Shown: piece by piece, positions 59,023 to 64,000 of the stretch
Layout: every line of letters starts with the position of its first letter
Position numbering within the stretch: position 1 is the first letter of the stretch
DNA from: a virus
Strand: one strand, 5' to 3'
IMG/VR virus record: IMGVR_UViG_3300008113_011148
Location: 3,755-67,754 of that record
Length of the DNA stretch: 64,000 nucleotides
Made by a program: the position numbers and the translations under genes
The notes under the pieces: model-generated
Told to the model about the DNA's origin: nothing
Databases searched by the model: none
The model's input: only the letters and a program-made list of their open reading frames with translations

Positions 59023-59051
59023 ACTTTATTTATTTACAAATTATAATATTA

Positions 59052-59249
59052 ATGAAGTTTAAAAATAAAGTTCTGTCTCAAGATTTAAAAAGAATATTAG
59101 AAAATAAACTAGTTTTCGAAAGGGGCAATGTTAGTGGTTTTTCAATTGAAATATTCGAACCAGAAACTGAATCTTATTCATCTTACATTTACTATGATGA
59201 TGAATATAATAGAGATAAAGATTATAAATTACTTTGTGATTTAAAATAA
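59052..59249 (+). CDS. Small hypothetical protein
   Basis: 65 aa; TAAACT-16-TATAAT upstream. Confidence 0.55.
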   Translation: MKFKNKVLSQDLKRILENKLVFERGNVSGFSIEIFEPETESYSSYIYYDDEYNRDKDYKLLCDLK

Positions 59250-59267
59250 TTTAATTATCTTTGTTTT

Positions 59268-59489
59268 ATGAAAATAAACAAAGGAAATCTCTGGTCAGTT
59301 TTAGAAAAATACGATTCAAAAGAATTTAGTGGTCTTTGTAATGGACTTTCTAATATCATACAAAACAAATCAAATTCAGGTGATTTACTTGATGTTTTTA
59401 CATTCATGGAAAAAATCGAAAAATCAGACAGAGATATTCTCGAAAAAGAAATCGGAAACGATATAACTACCGTTTTATTTATGATTTAA
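59268..59489 (+). CDS. Small hypothetical protein
   Basis: 73 aa; TATCTTTG 4 nt upstream. Confidence 0.55.
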   Translation: MKINKGNLWSVLEKYDSKEFSGLCNGLSNIIQNKSNSGDLLDVFTFMEKIEKSDRDILEKEIGNDITTVLFMI

Positions 59490-59506
59490 GTATTAATATA
59501 TACTTA

Positions 59507-59791
59507 ATGAAATATATTAAAGATTTCTGTAATTACAATCCCGTTTTAAATTTGAAGGTTTCTGAATTTATTGAAAGGAATAAAACTGGCTTACTCCATT
59601 TATGGAATAAAGACAAATCTGAAGAAGAGAATATTGAGTTCTTAACTAATTATTTTACTGAGTATCCTGAGTTAATGGATGATAAAATTGACTTGAAAAG
59701 AATCACAACAATTCAATCAAAATCCAGTATTAAAAACTCAGCACCTATTTTACAAAATATAGGAGGTGTTAAAGATTTTAGAAGTTTCTAA
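59507..59791 (+). CDS. Small hypothetical protein with degenerate N-terminal tag
   Basis: MKYIKDFCNYN; TAATATATA 4 nt upstream. Confidence 0.55.
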   Translation: MKYIKDFCNYNPVLNLKVSEFIERNKTGLLHLWNKDKSEEENIEFLTNYFTEYPELMDDKIDLKRITTIQSKSSIKNSAPILQNIGGVKDFRSF

Positions 59792-60585
59792 ACCAAATGT
59801 GATTTAATTAAAAGACATGGACCTTCTGTCCATATTTGTTTTCCAGTTTCTGTCTTAAAATTTTGGTCATAGTTTAATAATTGAAAACCTCTTGATTTAG
59901 GATTGAATAAACTATTGTTTATAAAATTGTAACAATCTTCACCGGTAATTTCATTTGGTCTTTTCCAACTAAACTCAGCATGTCTCATTAAAAAATTATC
60001 TACTGCTTCTTGATCTTTATTAGGCATTTCGGAAATTTTACTTCCGTAGAAACTATTACCCAACGATTTCAATTTAGTCTCAATCGTTCCACCACCAATT
60101 TGTTCCCAACTTGTATCTAAACCAATTGAATCTAAAAACCATTCAACTAAGTAAATATCACCACCAAATTCATTATCATCATTACCTAATGATTCCCAGA
60201 TAGTTGATTTCGGACAAACTACTATTTTAATATCATCGAATGGTATCAACTCATAGACAGATTCACCATATGTTCCAGTTGCTGAACCACGAGTTCCACC
60301 AATAACACATCTTTCATATTTAGGATAATCTTTCCAACTTGGTAGATTTGAAAGTAAGTCTAAGTGTATGTTGGTATCTTCAATTGAACTTCTGAAGTCT
60401 CCTTTTAATGGATCTATATATAAGTAGTCTCCTAAATCTGGCATACCTCTATAAAGTTCAGTTTCTACCTTAGTCCAGTTTTTGCAATTTTCTTTTCTGA
60501 TTTGGTCAAACTCTACTTCAGTTAGAGTTTTAGTTCCAAATCTATTATAATTTTCAAATATCTTATATGTCTTAAGCCACTTCAT
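59788..60585 (-). CDS. Tagged hypothetical protein (LYRG motif, possible ART-like fold)
   Basis: MKWLKTYKIFEN; ELYRGM...YG..VY.LIP...QIW.EG. Confidence 0.6.
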   Translation of the reverse strand: MKWLKTYKIFENYNRFGTKTLTEVEFDQIRKENCKNWTKVETELYRGMPDLGDYLYIDPLKGDFRSSIEDTNIHLDLLSNLPSWKDYPKYERCVIGGTRGSATGTYGESVYELIPFDDIKIVVCPKSTIWESLGNDDNEFGGDIYLVEWFLDSIGLDTSWEQIGGGTIETKLKSLGNSFYGSKISEMPNKDQEAVDNFLMRHAEFSWKRPNEITGEDCYNFINNSLFNPKSRGFQLLNYDQNFKTETGKQIWTEGPCLLIKSHLV

Positions 60586-60874
60586 CTATTAATTCAGCTA
60601 ATTTTATATCTTTCTCAGTAATAATATCACCAGCATCATGTGTTGATAATTTTAGAGTTATCTTATTATAAACCCAATTGATTTCTGGATGATGGTTTTC
60701 TGATTCACAAATTTGTGAGATTTTATTTATGAATTGTAAAGCCTCATTGAAATCAGAAAAATCGAAATCTCTACAAAGTTTTCCATCAATCTCTATCCAG
60801 TTCTGAACAGACTCAAATAATTTAGTCTCATCAGAGAATCTCTCGAAGAGAGTATATGTTTTTATTCTTTTCAT
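60572..60874 (-). CDS. Pterin-4-alpha-carbinolamine dehydratase with N-terminal tag
   Basis: F.F.DF..A..F...I....E..NHHPEI...YNK....L.THDAG..IT.KD..LA. Start at MKRIKTYTLFER. Confidence 0.85.
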   Translation of the reverse strand: MKRIKTYTLFERFSDETKLFESVQNWIEIDGKLCRDFDFSDFNEALQFINKISQICESENHHPEINWVYNKITLKLSTHDAGDIITEKDIKLAELIDEVA

Positions 60875-60882
60875 ACTTCTAA

Positions 60883-61512
60883 TTATTTCCCAAATATCAT
60901 ATTTTGCCAACTGGTAGATAACATATAATAAGAATCACACTTAAATGATACTTCATGACATCTACTACCAACACCAGCACCATCAATGTATTCATTTGTG
61001 TATGTATCAACCACTTGTTTAACATCTACTTCATTATCTAATATTTCTTCTTTCAAGTCACCCCAAACATCTTTATATTCTTTAGAGTAACAAAACTCAA
61101 AATCACCAATTGGAATCATCATGAACGCCTCTGGATATCTGCTCCATCTCTTTGCATAGTTAACAGCAACTAAGTAATTTCTAAGAGCAAACACACCATT
61201 TCTAACGGGCCAATGAAATTTACTTTCTAATTCTTTATTCAATTCATCATGAAACCAATTAGGAGAATCTACTGGTTTTCTATTCCAGTTGTGATTAACC
61301 TTCCAACATCCCCATCTGTGTAGACTTTCACCATTTTGATTTAACCATTCTTCAGATGTTCCTCTTAAAAAAACCAACGGATATTCACAAGTCTTTGATA
61401 GCTCTAAAAATGGAGCACAGTCTTGTTTTATCTTATTGACCAATTCTGATCTGGTTTGATGTAGTTCATCAAAATTACCTTCAAATAATTTATATGTCTT
61501 TATTCTCTTTAT
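60883..61512 (-). CDS. Tagged hypothetical protein, paralog of 59788..60585; apparent ATA start
   Basis: In-frame upstream extension (I)KRIKTYKLFEG; FLRG...R.P.DSP...IPIGDF...EVSF. Confidence 0.55.
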   Translation of the reverse strand: MKRIKTYKLFEGNFDELHQTRSELVNKIKQDCAPFLELSKTCEYPLVFLRGTSEEWLNQNGESLHRWGCWKVNHNWNRKPVDSPNWFHDELNKELESKFHWPVRNGVFALRNYLVAVNYAKRWSRYPEAFMMIPIGDFEFCYSKEYKDVWGDLKEEILDNEVDVKQVVDTYTNEYIDGAGVGSRCHEVSFKCDSYYMLSTSWQNMIFGK

Positions 61513-61994
61513 AATTTAATTATTAATTTTAATCCAGTAAAAGAAATAAAATCACCTAAAGTAAAATCTTCTGCTTTGTGCCATCCTATACCAAACTCAG
61601 TTCCACCATTTTTCATTCTAAATGGTGATTTTGCAAAATGTTCCTGTTGTAAATAAAATTGTTGAAAATGTCTATCCTCAATTGGTTCTAATTCAGTTTC
61701 TGAATAAACATACTCACATAATCTTATAATAGTATCTTTTATTTCCATCCAAAGAAAAATTTCTGATGAATAACCTCCACCTGGTGGGATAGGAGCTCCA
61801 GGTATTTCTCTCTTACTATTCAAATGATCAATCCAAGATTTTTTTCTAGTTCTGGTTATATAAACTTCTAAATGATTATCTACTTCTTTGATTTCAACAT
61901 TGAAATTACTATCATCAGTTATCTCTAATAATATGTCTCTTACTGTTTGCTCAGATACTGATTCAAATAATTTGTATGATTTTAAATGTCTCAT
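61509..61994 (-). CDS. Tagged hypothetical protein, family A
   Basis: MRHLKSYKLFES; VRDILLEITD; TAATATATA 4 nt upstream. Confidence 0.65.
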   Translation of the reverse strand: MRHLKSYKLFESVSEQTVRDILLEITDDSNFNVEIKEVDNHLEVYITRTRKKSWIDHLNSKREIPGAPIPPGGGYSSEIFLWMEIKDTIIRLCEYVYSETELEPIEDRHFQQFYLQQEHFAKSPFRMKNGGTEFGIGWHKAEDFTLGDFISFTGLKLIIKL

Positions 61995-61997
61995 TAA

Positions 61998-62411
61998 CTA
62001 TATATTAAAAAATACAGCCAAATTTACGATTCCTGCAGTTGAAGTTTGAAACCAATCATCTAAATGGTCATAATCTTTTTCATCTATATAAACTTCTATT
62101 CTTTTCGGGTCATTTTCAAAGACAACACCACATTTGAACCATCTATCATCTAAGTAAGATTTAATCTGAAGTAGTTCATCTTTTACATCTGAGAATTTAA
62201 AACGGTTAGGATGGTATTTTTCAGCAATTATGAAATAAGGATTGAAGTCAGAAATTCCTATATCTTTACTCAAACCGTTATTTGAAATGGAGTAGAAAAA
62301 TCCTCTATCCTGTAATTCTAAAAGTGTATCTGAAATAAAATTCTTATCTTCTTCAAATTGAAGAATGTTAATTTTTTCATTAAAAATTCGATATGGTTTT
62401 AACTTTTTCAT
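61998..62411 (-). CDS. Tagged hypothetical protein, family A
   Basis: MKKLKPYRIFNE; ISDTLLELQDRGF...F.FSDVKD.L..I.SYL. Confidence 0.65.
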   Translation of the reverse strand: MKKLKPYRIFNEKINILQFEEDKNFISDTLLELQDRGFFYSISNNGLSKDIGISDFNPYFIIAEKYHPNRFKFSDVKDELLQIKSYLDDRWFKCGVVFENDPKRIEVYIDEKDYDHLDDWFQTSTAGIVNLAVFFNI

Positions 62412-62821
62412 TTTTGTATTAGAATTTGGTATTCAACTTCATATTTATCAGTAAGTCCAACTCTTTCTTCTTCTTTTTTATTTGATCCATAACAAAATCT
62501 GTAACTCTTTAAATAATTTTTTATTGTATCAATTAAATCATTAATTAAAATCTCATTAGAATTCCACAATTTGCTATCACATTTAATGTTTAGAAATAAC
62601 TTAGGTGATGTTTGTTCAATACACATATATGTCATCGGTGTATAATCTATACTTGTAAAAATTTCCAAATCATTCAATTCTAATAACATATCTTTTACAT
62701 CACTTATAACTGAGTCGCACTCTTCTATTTCTTCTAAACCATACTTTTTAATCATCATTTCTCTATGAATGTCTTCTTCAGTGGACTCATTAAAATTTTG
62801 ATATGTTTTTAACTTTTTCAT
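62408..62821 (-). CDS. Tagged hypothetical protein, family A
   Basis: MKKLKTYQNFNESTEEDIHREMMIKKYG; VKDMLLELND. Confidence 0.65.
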   Translation of the reverse strand: MKKLKTYQNFNESTEEDIHREMMIKKYGLEEIEECDSVISDVKDMLLELNDLEIFTSIDYTPMTYMCIEQTSPKLFLNIKCDSKLWNSNEILINDLIDTIKNYLKSYRFCYGSNKKEEERVGLTDKYEVEYQILIQK

Positions 62822-63999
62822 TTTTGTATTAGAATTTGTCTACATAACTTTCTATCATCTGATGTGAAAGTATTTTTACCAGTTGAGAATCCTAATGATT
62901 TTACATATCCTAAAAGTGTATCTGTGAAAATATCTATATCAGCAATTTTTCCAGCAAAAAGTTTCTCATCAGCAATAACACTAACTGAAATTTTAGGAGT
63001 TGATTCAGCAGACATATAAAAGTTAATAATTGGAGACCTATAACCAACTAATACAGTTATACCTAAGTCTTCGACTTCTAAAGCCATATCACTAATGTTT
63101 CTAATAACCTCATCACACTCTTCTATTTCTTGTATACCATACTTTTTAATCATCATTTCTCTATGAATGTCTTCTTCAGTAGATTCATTTGTTTTTGTTT
63201 CTTTTTCAATGAAGTTAATTTGAAGATGGTGAAATCTATCAACTTTTTCTCTATTATATGTCATCAAATCACCATTTTGGTATTCTAAAAAATTATGACT
63301 AGCTGGATCTTCCGGTGTAGAATAAACAAATCTAAGTATTTCAAAATCCTCACTATTCATATATTCTATCATTCTCTCAAAAACATCTCTAACGTCATCA
63401 TAAGTAAAGGGTTTATACCTCCACTCATCACCTACATTAGGCTTACCAGCAACTGAAACAGAAATTCTATCTGGATTAAATATACCACTTCCTTTCAAAT
63501 CTTGAATGAAAAAAGAATAGTCCTCATCAGATAATTCTAAACAAATATCATTTAAAATTTTTATAGGTTCATCATTTTGACCAAATGATTCATAAGTTTT
63601 AACTTCTTTTTCAACAAACTTAACTATCAATTGGTCAAATTGATAGTCTATTTCTTCTCCCAATATAGTTACTAATTTATCACCATCCAATCTACAATAA
63701 AGAGGACCCGATACAATGTGTGTAAATTCCATATTTAGAATTTCCCAACCTTCTCTATCCATATACCCAACCATTTCTAAAATCTCTTCTTTTATCTCTG
63801 TATAAATAAATTTTTTAGAACCTTTTTTAACTATATTAACAACGATACACTGATGCTCTCTACTTATAATCTCATCAGTAACTTGAACATTAAAATCTTT
63901 ATCCCAAAGTGGAAGTGACATATCCGAAAGCACATCGATATGGTCTCTCATTTCATACCAATTTGATTCAAGCAATTTAGACTTTTTTCTTTTATTCAT
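62818..63999 (-). CDS. Three-repeat family A polyprotein-like ORF (may be 5' partial)
   Basis: Three DxxLEL.D domains separated by KTYES and KTNES linkers. The last domain's N-terminal part is near-identical to that of 62408..62821. Confidence 0.65.
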   Translation of the reverse strand: MNKRKKSKLLESNWYEMRDHIDVLSDMSLPLWDKDFNVQVTDEIISREHQCIVVNIVKKGSKKFIYTEIKEEILEMVGYMDREGWEILNMEFTHIVSGPLYCRLDGDKLVTILGEEIDYQFDQLIVKFVEKEVKTYESFGQNDEPIKILNDICLELSDEDYSFFIQDLKGSGIFNPDRISVSVAGKPNVGDEWRYKPFTYDDVRDVFERMIEYMNSEDFEILRFVYSTPEDPASHNFLEYQNGDLMTYNREKVDRFHHLQINFIEKETKTNESTEEDIHREMMIKKYGIQEIEECDEVIRNISDMALEVEDLGITVLVGYRSPIINFYMSAESTPKISVSVIADEKLFAGKIADIDIFTDTLLGYVKSLGFSTGKNTFTSDDRKLCRQILIQK

Positions 64000-64000
64000 T

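Noticed and set aside
1-64000. Stop-codon reassignment as in Lak-type megaphages
   Set aside because: Known genes are full length under code 11, and TAA, TAG and TGA all terminate genes at sensible positions.
1-64000. CRISPR array, tRNA or rRNA genes
   Set aside because: No regularly spaced direct repeats or cloverleaf-like sequences were seen; intergenic gaps are mostly under 150 bp.
1-64000. Bacterial chromosome origin (dnaK, nusG, prkA, T9SS proteins)
   Set aside because: T4-type topoisomerase and RNase H, endolysin, a majority of orphan ORFs and phage-like upstream motifs are interleaved with these genes. There is no grpE/dnaJ or secE/rplK context.

Overview
AT-rich, gene-dense 64 kb segment that reads as part of a huge (jumbo/mega) tailed phage genome, most likely infecting Bacteroidota. 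Phage evidence: T4-type topoisomerase II subunits, RNase H-like exonuclease, dCMP deaminase, amidase endolysin and many orphan ORFs. Host evidence: TAnnTTTG promoters and T9SS cargo proteins. It uses standard code 11. Recognisable auxiliary genes include dnaK, nusG, uvsE, a prkA-yeaH-spoVR operon, a CCA-adding enzyme, a 2H phosphoesterase, a rhomboid protease and a DNA methyltransferase. Main hidden structure: (1) a three-gene secreted module (56362-59022) is a collinear split version of a single-chain T9SS protein (1641-3830). It is split inside Ig-like domains, so two subunits end in a P-x-L-x-P-I-x-H-D strand. This is a candidate donor-strand-polymerised T9SS fibre (tip/shaft/anchor). (2) About 20 proteins carry an N-terminal MKxLKx[YF]xxFxE tag resembling the T4 capsid-targeting sequence, and it co-occurs with a TAATATATA upstream motif. 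(3) About 17 unrelated small proteins carry a C-terminal R-x-x-K-[IL]-x-x-[IL]-[IL] tag. (4) Four distinct promoter-like classes are present, including a sigma54-like box shared by dnaK and a UVR-domain gene. All functional calls come from motif recognition by eye; no database searches were run.
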